A stretch of DNA of 64,000 nucleotides from the NCBI RefSeq assembly GCF_009914755.1, contig NC_060925.1; one strand, written 5' to 3'. The notes beneath the pieces were generated by a model that was given only the letters and a program-made list of their open reading frames with translations, ran no database searches and had not been told where the DNA came from. The translations under genes were made by a program, and so were the position numbers. How positions within the stretch are numbered: position 1 is the stretch's first letter; the number at the start of each line of letters is the position of its first letter. This document shows positions 27,220-40,777 of this stretch, piece after piece. The stretch is from the human T2T-CHM13v2.0 reference genome, Homo sapiens.

Positions 27220-28370
27220 AGGGTGAAGACAATAACAAGATGAGATGGGGCAAGTAGAAAAAAAACATTATTGTAGACTTAATCCTAACATATTCATAAT
27301 TATTGTAAAATAAAAATGTATTAAAAATCCTGGTGAAAAGGCATAGACTGTAGTACTTGGTTAAACAAAAAAAGCAAGATTGAACTATCTTAATTTTGTA
27401 AGATATGTAATTTAAATAAAAATACAAAGATACATTGGAAGACTGGAATGAAATACTAACAAACAGATACAATACTAGTAAAATAAATATTTAAAAACCT
27501 GAACATAAAAAGTTATCATGGATATAAAATGATGTGTTCTTTCATACACTGTATGTGGAATGTTAAAAAGGGAAACTACTTTGGAAAATTATTTGGTATT
27601 TAATTTATAGTTAAATAAGAACTTATTTGAATGAGCTATTCTACACTATGTATGCACATGATAGAAATTGAAAGAATTTACACAAAATTTATTTATAGCA
27701 GTTTCCAAATAGTAGCCTGAAGTGGAAACAATTTAATAATTGTCCATCAACAGGACAAGATAAACAAAATGTTATATATTCCTAGAATGTAATTCTACTT
27801 AATATATAAAGTAGTAAATTATTGATACAATAAATGAATAATTATCCCAACATTTTGCTTAGGAATTCTGCACACAAAGAAGTGAATACTGTATGATTAC
27901 ACTTAAATAAAATTTTTGGATAGTGAAAATAACCTATGGTTAAATATCAGAAGAGAGGTGATTACATTTTGACTGGGTACCTATTGGGAAGGGGCATGAA
28001 AATCCATTGTGGAAATATCAGGGGTCTGGAAACATTTCTGTAAATTGATAGGTAGTATATATTTTAACCTCTTGGGACCATAGGCTCTCTGTTGCAACCA
28101 CTCTATATTTCATTACTCTGTAATACTCTTTATTACAAAAGTAGCCATAGAAAATGCATAAATAAATGGACTTAGTAGTGCTCCAATAATTTTTTAAAAA
28201 ACAAATCAGCCAATGGCCTGACTTAGCCCATAGATTATAGTTTTTCAACCCTTGCTATTTATCATGATAGGGATATGGGTGTCATGACTGGATGCATTTG
28301 CAACAGTTTATAAAAATGTAACACATAATGTACATTTAAGTCTCTGTAAGTTATGCCATAAAAAGAGATG
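27220..28370 (+). mobile_element. Old L1M (L1MC/ME) ORF2 start and 3' end fragments, interrupted by MER58A
   Basis: 'gtagacttaatcctaac..aaatgtattaaa..aaaaggcatagactg' resembles the EN start. 'ggaaacaat..tgtccatcaacagga' and 'gaatactgtatgatt' resemble the 3' region. Confidence 0.65.
28019..28254 (-). mobile_element. MER58A (hAT-Charlie MITE), full length
   Basis: TIRs 'caggggtctggaaac' and 'gtttttcaacccttg'. The internal sequence follows MER58A. Confidence 0.85.
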
Positions 28371-28638
28371 TGGGCTAAAATTTTATAACTTTTATAGTTC
28401 TCAAAACTCAGAAACTAAAAATTGGTATAAATTTGTTAGGTCTTTTGCCTCATAGTCTTATAATTATGGGCAGCAGTAACTGAAACTGACATGCAGACCT
28501 AAATTAAAGGACCAAAATAAATAACTAAATAAATAAAACAGAGAGACAGAGAGCACCACATATTTTAGCAGATAATAGACATAAATATAAATTTATCTTA
28601 ATTTCTAATTGTTTTGTACAGAGCCTTATAGATGTTTT

Positions 28639-29645
28639 TGTTAAGGAAATATAAGTAAAAGTCTTCCAGCCCAGAAAAACTTACCACAAGGGTAGTAGAG
28701 AAAAGAAACAGTTGGCCAGGCGTGGTGGCTCATGCCTGTAATCCCAGCACTTTGGGAGGCAAAGGCAGGCAGATCACAAGTTCAGGAGTTCAAGACCAGC
28801 CTGACCAATATGTTGAAACCCCGTCTCTACTAAAAATACAAAAATCATCTGGGCGTGGTCATGGGCGCCTGTAGTCCCAGCTACTCTGAGATTGAGGCAG
28901 GAGAATTGCTTGATCCTGCAAGGCAGAGGTTGCAGTGAGCCAAGATCGCGCTACTACACACCAGCCTGGGAGACAGAGTGAGACTCCATCTCAAAAATGA
29001 AAAAGAAAGAAAGTAAACAGTTTTATTATTGTATAGGTGTTACATCAGAATGCAATCCACACCACAGGCAATCTACTAAGAGATTTCTGAGACAGAAAGA
29101 AATCTTACCCTCTTATATAGACAAAGCAGATACAACCCACTACATACCTGTTTTTAAGATAAACAACAGCTAGTCCTCAAGTAAGAGGACTTCACAAGCA
29201 ACATTTGCCACACATAGTTTATTTAAACTTACCTAGCAGTTGAGGCGATCATCTATTTAGGTAACTGACTTTATCCACAGGACTAACAACTTCTCTGTAT
29301 CTTTGTAACAGGAGATAGGTTTGCAGTTTGGAGCAAGGAACTCACAAAGTTAGACTTCTACCCTTTGACTGAAACTGGAAGGTAGGGGTGTTATCTTCCT
29401 TGATGTTTCCATTTCAAAGAGATGACTCCAAGGTCTTTGAAAAAGCTAGTCCTGAGTCACAAAGCTAGCAAAAGGTCTATGTAGTCTTCAGAAAGATTTA
29501 TACACATTTCAAAGAGAGGAGAATATATTTAGAGTAAAAAGTTTTCTAAGATAAGTGCTCAGAGAAATAGGGAAGGGAAATATCTTTCTATATTTTCAAG
29601 AGAGAGAATTAAGCCTCTTATTTTAAATTTGTATTTCTGTTTACA
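28639..29645 (-). mobile_element. ERV1-class solo LTR (MER89/MER90-like; name uncertain), interrupted by an Alu
   Basis: TG...CA termini and 4-bp TSD TTTT (28635-38 and 29646-49). Minus-strand start 'tgtaaacagaaatacaaatttaaaataagaggcttaattctc'. Minus-strand AATAAA near the 3' end. Confidence 0.65.
28714..29009 (+). mobile_element. AluSg-like element
   Basis: Full dimer. TSD aaaagaaacagtt / aaagtaaacagtt at 28701-28713 and 29010-29022. Confidence 0.92.
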
Positions 29646-29719
29646 TTTTAAATGAAAAGAAAAAAATAATTGTGTCGTTTAAATGTGTAAATATTTAAAA
29701 TATGATCAAACTAGCATAT

Positions 29720-30470
29720 TAGCTCAGTAGGGAAGGATATATAATTCTAAAGAAAAGTTGGAAGAATTTTTATGCCTGTGAAAAAAATATAATTGGGATG
29801 ATATACCATGTCTTTCAAAAAATATTGTAAAAACACATGAATATTTTTTCCTGGAAAGGACACAAAAATTATCATCAAACATATGAAAATATACTCAATT
29901 TTTCCAGTTATTATGAAAATAAAACTAAAGCCAATAAACAATGTTTTATAGCCACTAAAATAGTCAAAAGAAAACAAAAATCTGAAAATATCAAGCTGTA
30001 GCCAGAATGATTGGAATCAGAGCTCTCACACATCGTCACTGAGAGCTTAAATGATAACAAACTTGGATAAGCAACTTGGATAAAATTAAACATTATCTAA
30101 TAATTTGAAGTTGTACATATGCTATGACATTAATTTTCTTCCTACTTATATGTTCTGATATAATCTTAACACTTTGCATTGTGATATAGGTATACAGTAT
30201 TACACCATAAAATAGTATTACAGCATTATTTGTAAGAAAACAAAGGAAACTGGAAAGGATGCAAGCTACGTATTTAAAAGAAAGAATGAGTAAATAAACA
30301 ATAATAAAGAGAAAAAAGGGGGAGTGAGAAATGTAGAAAAGGCAGGAGGGAGAAGAAAGAAACAAGGAAGGAAAGAGGGAAGGAAAGAAAGAAGGGAGGG
30401 AGAAAGAATCTTGTGGAATATTCATAAGATGAATTTTTGTAGACAGTAAAAATGAATGAGTTACCATCAC
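29720..30470 (+). mobile_element. L1ME-like 3' ORF2 fragment with a purine-rich tract (~30300-30405)
   Basis: 'aaacatatgaaaatatactcaa' and 'tctgaaaatatcaagctgtagccagaatg..ctctcacacatc'. Confidence 0.6.
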
Positions 30471-31402
30471 AGTAATCACATGATAGCATGTGGGCAAAAT
30501 GTAGCCAGTAACAGTTTCTTCCATCTCTGCTTTTGTATACCACTTATCCCATCAGGAGTTAGAGTTCATTCCTTCTTCCCCGTGACTCAGTTTTTCAAAA
30601 ACATACAATAGAGGTGTCGTTGTATGTCCTTAAATCTAGCTCTTGATGCTTTTCATTTTATGCTTTTGGAAAATAGTCGACTTCAGTAATGAAGAGAGAG
30701 AAGTCAAATGGAAAAGAGGCATTAGAGGTTAAGAGAAAGGGAAGGCCATCAAATTCCAAACATCCCATCCATCCTGCTGGCACACTAGTTATGTTAGTAA
30801 CAACATTTTAGATCCTCCACATTGATTAGATTCATTTTAATATTATCTTCATTTCTTTTGTTGTTTTGGTTTATTTACTTCATGTTGAGGTATAACTAAA
30901 AATACATTAAAGTACTTAAAATCTTAATGTATAGTCAAATATATTTTTTCTCTAAATCCTTTTAACCACTAGGTCAAGACAACATTTTCTGCTCTGCAAA
31001 ATGCTTCATTAAAAATATCCCTACCAAAAATTATTCCTGGTACAAACATAAAACCCAGTAGTCCTGTATTGGATGTCCTGTAACTTGAACTATATTTATT
31101 CCTCTTTTTAGATTAATCTTTTGATAGAGCTCATACTCTAATAATCCTCTACAAATGGATTATATAAAGTAAAACAAAATCTTGAATACCTGAAATGTCA
31201 TCTTAAATATACTCACGCATGATTTTTTAATTTGATTAGCCACATAAATCAAAACTATTTTGTTAGAATATTGATAGTATTGCTTCACTGACTTATAGAC
31301 TTAATTGCTTCTTTTGAGAAGTCGAATGTCATCCTGATCATTTGCTTATGATTATCCTCAACTTTATTTTAATCATCTCATTTGAGTTTTTATTTCTGAG
31401 AT

Positions 31403-31767
31403 TTTTCTATTAATATTTGTAACTGACAAATTATGTGTATACAGTTATGGGGTCCAATGTGATGTTTTGATATATGCATACAATGTGAAATATTAAAAAG
31501 TCTGACTCATAAAAGTAGAGAGTAAAATTATGTTTATCAGAGACTGGAGAGGTAGGGAGGAGAGGAATATGGAGCTGTGTGGTAAAGGGTATAAACTTTC
31601 AGATAAAAGAAATATGTTTTAAGATCTATTGCATAGTGGGGAGACTATAGTCAATAGCAATTTATTATATATTTTAAAATAACTATAAAAGCAATTTCAA
31701 ATATCTCACCATAAAAAATGATAGGTAAGTGAGGAGATGGATATGTTAATTGGCTTGATTTAACCAT
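31403..31767 (-). mobile_element. Short L1MA7/8-like 3' end with a 5' inversion (twin priming), inside an older antisense L1M/HAL1 relic (~31150-32820)
   Basis: 31403-31493 is the extreme 3' end on the minus strand. 31494-31767 is the immediately upstream 3'UTR on the plus strand. Confidence 0.8.
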
Positions 31768-33627
31768 ATCTAGGATATTTACGTAGCTCTATAACTATCT
31801 ACATTTATATCTATATTTTCAAATATACGTATTTATTGTTCCTTATTAAGGATTATTTTTCCACGTATGAAATATCCTCTCTGAGGCTATTATTCACAGA
31901 CTTAAGATTGCATTATCTTTACTCCCTCTTGTCCCACACATTTCTTTCTGGTTTCTATGAATTCCCCCCTCCCTATTTTTGTCATTTGCTATTTGGCCTC
32001 TTTTTTCTTGTTATGGACTGTCCTCAAATATCTGTTGAAATTTAGCTATCCAATTATATTCAGGAGTGAGAAATAAAAAGCAGAATCAATATCAATGTTC
32101 TCTAGCTCTGTTAAAAACATGTCAACTAGTAGGCTTCCGTCTCAGCTGTGCCCTTGGGAAACATTGCCTAAGATGTGTAAGCTTTTCTTTTTATGTATTA
32201 ATAATTTTCCCATAGAAGAGTTCTCCAGTGTTCCACTTTGGGGTATTGACGTCTGGCTGTCATTTTTATCAGAGCTGATTGAAGATGAGAAATGTTTTCC
32301 TCAGTTCAGGATAGTGCATTTCCTTGAGTATGCATTCCTTCTTCAGTATGGTATTCCTGCTATACTAATGTCGGAGTCCACAGCCTCCCTGGTATAAATG
32401 CTTCACAGCATAAATCTAGGTTTATGCCGTAGTAGAGGAAAGGCAGTTGCTTTGATCTGTGCTATGAAAGTAAAAACCTGGAAATCTAAGAACATTTACA
32501 CAAACTTTAAGTTATTATTCTGATCTTAAGACCTATATTCATCTTCTACTTTCAAAGGTAGTTGGTGCCTTTAGCTTTCCTGGAGTTAACTAGAACTTTG
32601 TGGCATGGCTTTGCCTGTTTTAGTCTAACTACTACAGCAGTACATGGCCTTTTCATAAAAGATACTTCTTTCTGTTTTTTACATTTTGTAGCTACCATTC
32701 ACACTTCCATTTCCATTGTCCTTGTGCATTAATTAAATATTTCCTTACATTTTTGGTGGAATTTTGTGAGATGGAGACTGAATATATTTTTGTTTAACTT
32801 TTTGTGTTTACCAGAAGTACATTAATTCCTAAATAATTAAGAAGATAAAGCTAAAGAGAATGTAATTGCTGGAGATATACTTAATATATAGTGAATTACC
32901 CCTTAATATTTGCATGATTGTATTTTCTTTTATTCCCTGGGTGTTACATATTTCTCTGTAGAATTGCTCTATCTAAGATATTAGGTATATTTCAAGGTTA
33001 AATGGTTGAATTGTCTAATTTGCATTGGGTATGTGCATATCACCCAAAATGATCTGTCAGAAAATGCAAATCTTTAGATGAACATGAATATTTTAGCACA
33101 TAACACTTAGCAAGAAAAAAGAAAGAAAATAATTATCTTTTGTATGGTTGATCCACATATAACATTTTGGTTCAACCAAGCTTTAATATACTAAATACCA
33201 GAAAATACATATCAATCAAATGTAGGCATTTAAGTAAGTTACCACTGTCTATTTCTGCACCTCTGGAGTTAAATCTGTCGTTTTCATAGGAGGAATCCTG
33301 AGGATGATGGTGGGATGTCAAAAAAAGATAAATTTTAAAATGTGAGCCAGGTGTTGTGTAAATACAAACATTTATTCAAAAAGCACCTTAGTTTTTTTTT
33401 AATTATCACTCATTTAAAAATACAAATCTTCCTTCTATGCACATATTAATTGTAATTTGATTTTTTACTATTGAAAAAATACATATGTTAGATAGCTCAT
33501 CTAATTTTTTTTTTAATGCATGGCTATTTGAAAGCTCTTTGATAAGTCTTTTAGAAATTAAATTTATTTGACTCTGAGCAGGACAGGTGATTTCTTGTGT
33601 AGTTAGGATAGCCAAACTATAGGTATA

Positions 33628-34194
33628 CAGTAGTCCCCTTTTATCTGTGGTTTTGTTTTCCATGGTTTCAGTAACCCATAGTCATGTGCTCCAAAAATAT
33701 TAAATAGAAAATTTCAGAAATGAACAATTAATAAGTTGCAAATTGCATACTACTTTGAGCGGCATCGTTAAATTTTCTGTCATCTCGCATGGGATGGGAA
33801 TCATCCCTTTGTGCAGCGTATTTACACTGCACATGCTACTGCCTGTTAGTCACCAAGTTGGCATCTCAGTTATAAAATTGATTGTCACTATATCACAGTG
33901 CTTGTGTTAAAGTAATCCTTATTTTACTTATTAATGTCCTAAAATTACAAGATTCTGGCAATTTGGGTGTGCCAAAGAGAAGCCATAAAGTGCTTCTGTT
34001 AAGTGAATAGGTGAAAGTTCCTGACAATTAAAGAGAAAAAAATCATACACTGAGGTTGCTAAAATAGGTGGTTAGAATTAATCTTCTGTGAAATTGCGAT
34101 GGAGGAATAGAAATTTGTGCAGAGTACATATAGGTTTTGGTACTACTCATGGATGTCTTAGAACATATCTCCTGAGGATAAGGAGAGACCATTG
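33628..34194 (+). mobile_element. MER44B-like Tigger7 deletion derivative
   Basis: TA followed by TIR 'cagtagtccccttttatctgtgg'; right TIR 'gaggataaggagagaccattg'. Retains a transposase N-terminal relic 'ccaaagagaagccataaagtgcttctgttaagtgaataggtgaaagtt' (PKRSHKVLLLSE*VKV). Confidence 0.88.
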
Positions 34195-35267
34195 TGAATT
34201 TTTTTTGAACCAATTCGAAATGATAATAGTACTTTAGTAGTAAAAATAAAAGTTACTATTACTGCTAAACAATGACAAAATAAGTAAACTAATTTTTACA
34301 TACCTGAAAGATCCCACATCATTCACTCATAACAGGATTAACACTCACAGTGGTTTTTAGTTGTGCATTTATAATTTCTTAGGTCTTTTCCTCTCTTCTT
34401 AGAGGGTCTGAAAGTGTATTTACAAATATTACTGACCTAAAGAAAAGTACTTAGTTTATATCTAGAGAACATAAAGTTGTTTTAAATTTAAAACACAATT
34501 TACTTCCAATTGCCTCAATTCTAGCCTTTTCAAGTTAATCAATTTAATATTTTCTAAAAGACTATCTCTCAAGTGATGGAGTATTTTAAGCTACTTTGAT
34601 TGTAATTATTTAAATACTTTCACAAATCTTTATATTGTGTGGAGAACCAGAGGCTAGTGCTTAAACCAATAGGTGAGTCCAAGAAAATTGAGTATTTAGC
34701 CTGAAAAGTAGTATAGATTACCCACAGAACTCATTATTTTTGAGTGAAGATCTAGCTTCTGTAATTCATTGCACTTTTCTGAACAATAGCTCACTCATTC
34801 ACCTTCCAAGTCCAAATAAAAAGTGCAGACAACATTCAATTAACTAAGAAATTTCATTCCACATACTAAACTTAATTTAAAAATTGTCTCATTAAACTGA
34901 TGTTATAAATATGCCATTCTGATTACATGTTTAAAATGTTTTGTTCAAGTATAAGAATTAATGAATTTATAACCTTTTAGTGGGTTGGCAGTGGTGGTAA
35001 GAGTTGTACAGGGAAAATATTTTTAGTTTTAGAGAAAAAAAGGATTATGAATAAAAGCATAAAAAGTTAAATTTAAATAAAACACTGGTTCAAAATGACT
35101 TATAAAATTCTGTTTTGGAGTTGGTCATTGTAAATTAAGAGTTAATTTTCTCGTGGCTATAATATTTTAAATTATGTGTAGCAATTTATACATAAAGTTG
35201 GGTCAGAGAAGAAAAGAATTAAAGCTAGGTTTAGGTATATATGGTCTTATATCTGCCATATAAAATG

Positions 35268-35430
35268 TTTCATTTAATCTTCATAAAATTATTAAAAAAT
35301 ACTTCCTTTTTACAATTAAGGAAACTGAATCATAGAAAATTATCTAGATTGTTCTGTTTTGCAGCCACTATTAAGTCCTAAATGTAGTTGTTTCCAAAGC
35401 TTGCCTTCTGTACATTTCTCCAGGCTGCAA
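35268..35430 (-). mobile_element. MIR fragment
   Basis: Core-like 'catttaatcttca..tttacaattaaggaaactgaatcataga'. Confidence 0.55.
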
Positions 35431-36379
35431 AGTACATGTTAGTGTATAAAAATGGCGACTAATAAAATACCCCAAATGCACTGAGAACCGAGTTCCTGTG
35501 TCAATTAACTAATTTTTTTCTTTTTTTTAACCAAAGATGTAGTTTTCTATTTTTTTTTAGTTATTTAACAGAATTATCGAGATTTTATTTTGTGCCCAGC
35601 ATCTTTCTAGGTGATGTTTTTAGAATGTCACAAGATGGGAGGAGTGGATGAGGGTGTGATTTGTGTAATCAGGAACTGATACTTGAGCTAATACCTCAAT
35701 AACATAAAGTTATATTTTACATATCCCCACTTTTATCTAGCTTGTTTGAAAACATGGTGGTAAGAATATCGGAAGAACGAATTGAAATATAAAGATATTA
35801 AAGTAGAACAAGTTTGGATACTGTGTGAGAGAAAAACAATAGAAGTCATTGTTGTTGGACTGTAGTAAATTTAGAGACTCTTAAAAGTTCATATTCTGCC
35901 ATGATATTCTCCATTCCTTTAAATGATCTATTCTACAAATTCCTCACTTTCTTATTATAGGTAATCTCAGTTTCTATTTTCACAGAGAATTTAATATCAC
36001 CTAAATGATTTGAATAAAGCAATTTGATTTAACCAAGTCAGGTTAACATGTGACTAGATTATAATGACTCATCTTTATAAGAACACTATATATTATAATA
36101 AAGATATTAATGAATTCAAATTTTACTATAATTCAAAAAATTTCAAGAAATTCAGAGATCAGAAAATTTAAATAATATAACAAAAATGTTTTGTAAGAGG
36201 AATACCTCTTAAATTTAGTATCCCTTTATCATTCTGCCTTTTACACTCTGTTTCTACTGGCACATTGGGATAAAGTTAGATTTTATTGCAATAGAGAAAT
36301 AAAACTGTGTTAGTATTATACTTTGCTAAATATTGTATCACAAGAGTAATTTAAACTGTTAAAACATAGTTGCTTAATT

Positions 36380-36960
36380 AATTAAAAATGGATATTAGGA
36401 TTCTCAAATCTACTCCTCTTATTAAGTAAAATATCTATTTTCCAAAGTAGGCACCTGGAATTGTCTTTCATTTCTTCCTCTTCTTCTGTACCTACCCAAT
36501 ACCAGCTTCCATTGTTTGTACGCTATCGGTATCTGCCTAAATTGTTTAAACTTTCCATGCATATAGCTACTGTCTTAATTATGTCATTTCTCTCTCTTCC
36601 TTTCATCTGGAATAGCATTGTATTTTACAAATTGAGACCCTTCTGGTCAACCTTTCTCTGCTTTCTACTTTAGTATCAATCCCACATTCATTTTTGTTTC
36701 CTAAGGAATAAATCTGATTTTATCACCACATTACTAAAAGTTCTGTACTTTTGATAAGTTCTAAACTTACTAGCATAATGTAAAATATTCAATTTTGATA
36801 TTACGTGTATTTATATTTACTTTCATAATCTCAGATTTTAACATTTCCTCTCTGCCACCACTCATAATATTCCTAAGTTATAGATATTGCTTGAAATAAC
36901 CCCCAAATAAGACACGATTCCTTCAATTTTGCATGAAATATAGGACATATCTCTGTGTTG
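36380..36960 (+). mobile_element. L2 fragment
   Basis: 'cacctggaattgtcttt..aaatctgattttatcacc..ctaaaagttct' resembles L2. Confidence 0.45.
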
Positions 36961-37224
36961 CTCTTGCTCTCTATCATTTCTGACCTAGTTCACACTGAAA
37001 CAATTACATAAAAAAAGGTCAAAAAGTATTCACTTTACTATCCATGATTGTACTTGGATAACTCACCTTGTGAGGATACAATTTATGTTTCCTTGCCATT
37101 ATCCAGATCAACAGATTAGCAGTTTGTCCATTTATTAGCATTTTGAAGCTGATAAGTAAGTAAAACCTTTTCTTCCATTTAGCAGTATTAAATGAAAGAG
37201 TAATAGCACTGTTCTCATCAACAC

Positions 37225-39775
37225 ATAAAAATTCTTGAAACAAAAGGAAAATGGAAATATAACATATAAAAATCTATGAAATAAGGCAAAAGAAGTACTA
37301 AGAAGAATTTTATAGCAATAAATGACTATGACAAAGAAGTAGGAAGACTTCGAATAAACAAATTGAGACTAAAATACAATATAGAAGATCGACTAAAAAA
37401 GTTGGATCTTTGACTAGACAAATAAAATCAACAAACTTTTAGATAGACTATTTAAGAATAAAGAGAGAAGAACAAACACCACACAATTATTGCAATAAAT
37501 ACAAAAAAAGATGAAATTCAACATTTCTTTATGATTAATACCCTCATCAAAATGGGCATGAGAGAAACATATCTCAAAATAATGAAGATCATACATGACA
37601 AACTCATGGATGACATTATAATGAACAGAGAAAAATTGAAGGCCTTTACTTTGTAGATTGGAACAAGATAATGGTGCCAACTTTTACCAGTATTATTCAA
37701 CATACTGCTGGAAGTTCTGGCTGGATTAATTAGGCGAGAGAAAGAAAGAAATGGCATCCAAATTGGAAAGAAAATACTCATATTAGCCTTGTTTGCAGAT
37801 GACATAATCTTATATCTAGGAAATCCTAAATATTCCACCAATAACTGCTAAAATTGATAAATTTAGTAAAGTTGCAAGACACAAAATTTGAAGAATACAA
37901 AATTAGCATACAATGATTACTAGCATTTATATACACCAACAGCAAACAATGTGAAAAAGAAATTGAGAAAGAAATCTTGTTTACAATAACTCCAAAAAGT
38001 ATAAAATACCTAGATTAATGCTTAGACTAATCTAATCAAAGAAGTAAAGATCCATAGACGGAAAATTACAAAAATGTGATGAAAAATAAAGAGGGTACAA
38101 AAAAATTGAAAAATATTGCATGTTCAAGGATGAGAATAATTAAGATTGTGAAAAAGACAATACTACCCAAAGCAACTTCCAGATTTAATGCAGTCCTTTT
38201 CCAAACACCACTGACATTCTCCATAGAAATAGAAAAATAAATCCTAAAATTCATAAGGAACCACAAAAGATCCCAAATAGCCAAAGCAGTCCTGAGCAAA
38301 AGAAAATCCGGGAGGCCTCATACAACCTGACTTCAAAATTTACTACAAAGTTATAGTAACTGAAAAGCATAGTATTGGTGTAAAAACAAATATATAAAGC
38401 AATGGAACAGAATATAGAACCTACATATAAATGCACACATTTACTACCAAGTCGTCTTCCAAAAAGATGCCAAGAACATATAATGGGGAAATGACAGTAT
38501 TTTTAATAAATGGTATTTGGAAAACTGGATAACAATATGCAGAAGAATGAAACCAGACCCCTACCTCTCACCATACAAAAAAATCAAATCAAAATGGATT
38601 GAAGGCTTAAACCTAAGATCGGAAACTGGGGAATTATAATATGAAACGAAAACACTGGGGAAATCCTCTAGGAGACTGGTCTAGGCAGAGATTTTTTGTG
38701 TAACATCTGAAAACACAGACAACCAAAGCAAAAATAAATTGGGATTACATGAAGCTAAAAAGCTTTGGAACAACAAAGGAAACAATCCAAAAAGTGAAGA
38801 GACAATTCACAAGATGGGAGAAAATATTTCTAAACTACTCGTTTGTCAAGGAATTAATAACCAGAATAGAGAAGGAACTCAAACAACTCAATAGCAAAAT
38901 AATAATAATAATAATCCAATTAAAAATGAGCAAAAGATCTAAACAGGCAGTCCTCAAAAGAAGACATACTAATGGCCAACAGCTATATGAGAAAAATGCT
39001 AAACATACTAATCATCATATAAATGTAAATCAAACCACAATGAGATATCATCTTACCTTCTTCAGAATGGCTTATATCCAAAAGGTAAGCAATAACATGC
39101 TGAAGAGGATGTGGAGAAAGGGAAACCCTCATACATCTTTGGTAGGAATTTAAACTAGTACAGCTGCGATGGAGAAGAGTATGAAGGTTCCTCAAAAAGA
39201 CTAAAAATAGATCTACCATATGATCCAGCAGTTCCACTACTGGGTGTATACCTTAAAGAAAGAAAATATTCATCAAAGAGATATCTGTATCTTCACTCTC
39301 ATGCTTATTGCACTATTCACAATAGCTGAACTGGAATCAATCTAAGTGTCCATCAGACAATAACTGAATAAAGAATGTGAATATATACACAATGGAATAT
39401 TACTCAGCCATAAAATGAGATAAAATCCTGTCATTTACAGAAACATGAATGAAACTGGAAGCTATTATGTTAAGTGAAATAAGCCAAGCAGAGAAAGACA
39501 AATATAATCCTCATTCATATGTGGGAGCTAAACATGTGGATTACATGTTCCAGAATAGATTAGACATTGCCAGAGCCTGGGAATGGGAGGCAGTTGGGTG
39601 GAATGAAAGGGATAAAAAGGATATAAATATGATTATTACCACTGATAAGTATTGATAATCACTTAAAAGGATATAAATGTACTTATTATCACTTAAAATT
39701 GTAAAGATGGTAAATTACATATGTATTTTTACTCTAATAAAAATCTATTTAAAATAAAAACAAAAAATCAATAAA
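37225..39775 (+). mobile_element. 5'-truncated, internally deleted L1MA (L1MA4A-like) ORF2 and 3'UTR
   Basis: RT motif 'ttgtttgcagatgacata' (LFADDI) at ~37790. ORF 38749-39153 is a frameshifted ORF2 C-terminus. 3' end 'cacttaaaattgtaaagatggtaaattacatatg..aataaaaa'. Internal deletions near 37360 and 37500. Confidence 0.88.
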
Positions 39776-40459
39776 AATTTTAGCATATAAAACATTTTAC
39801 TTAAAATATTCTAAACTGTGTATGGAAATTTAATAGTTCAATAATAGGACAAAAACGGTTAAAAAATAAGAACAAAGTTGGAAGACGTATTTCATACATG
39901 AACACTTTTTACAAATCTCCAGTAATTAAGAAACAAGTAATTATGAACACTTAGACACATTGATAAATGCAAAAGTATACAAAGTCTAGAAAAGTAGTCA
40001 TGAGAATATAGTTGCCTAATAAATTTTAAGTCTGTCCTGCTATTAATGCAGTAGCATTAAAGAAAAGTGATAGTTTATAAGCAATAGTGGCACCTGACTG
40101 GATTATCCATCCAGGATAAAATAATTCCAGACCCTTCCATCACTTCATTTACATATATATATATATATATAATGTTATTGACATAACATAATATATATTA
40201 AAGTTATTGACACAAATTGATGTTCTAAGTATAAAAGGTAAACTCATTACACATCTAAAAGAAAGTTAAGTAAGAAATTAAGCTATTCTAAATTATCTTA
40301 GAATAAGTAGATGTTTCTTATACCAAATACAAAAGCACCCAGTATGAAGGACAAATTTATGAATTAGATTACATTAAAATTAACAGCTTCAGTTATCAAT
40401 AGATACTATTATTGGAATGGCATTAGGGTAATTATAGAGTATGAGAAAATATTTGTCTC

Positions 40460-40468
40460 ATATATATG

Positions 40469-40527
<59 letters not shown>
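40460..40527. repeat. (CA)n(TA)n compound microsatellite
   Basis: Directly visible. Confidence 0.95.
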
Positions 40528-40530
<3 letters not shown>

Positions 40531-40777
40531 ACCATGGACTTATATCAAAAATATGAAAACACATTTGACAAATCAATAAGAAAAATACAATACAAAATAC
40601 TAGTTGCAAAGAATTGTGACACAATATTTTAAAAGTGGCTATCCTATGATAAGCAGATGGAAAGACAATGACTTTTCAATGTCATCAGTCACTAGGGAAA
40701 TGTGAATTAAAATTATAATGAGATACCACGGCACACCTACTAGTGTAATTTAGATGTAAAATAAGGAATATGACAAG

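Noticed and set aside
30093-30543. 143-aa and 89-aa hydrophobic ORFs resembling membrane proteins
   Set aside because: The F/L/S richness comes from the antisense of a purine tract within an L1ME relic.
38749-39153. 134-aa ORF
   Set aside because: Frameshifted L1 ORF2 C-terminal relic.
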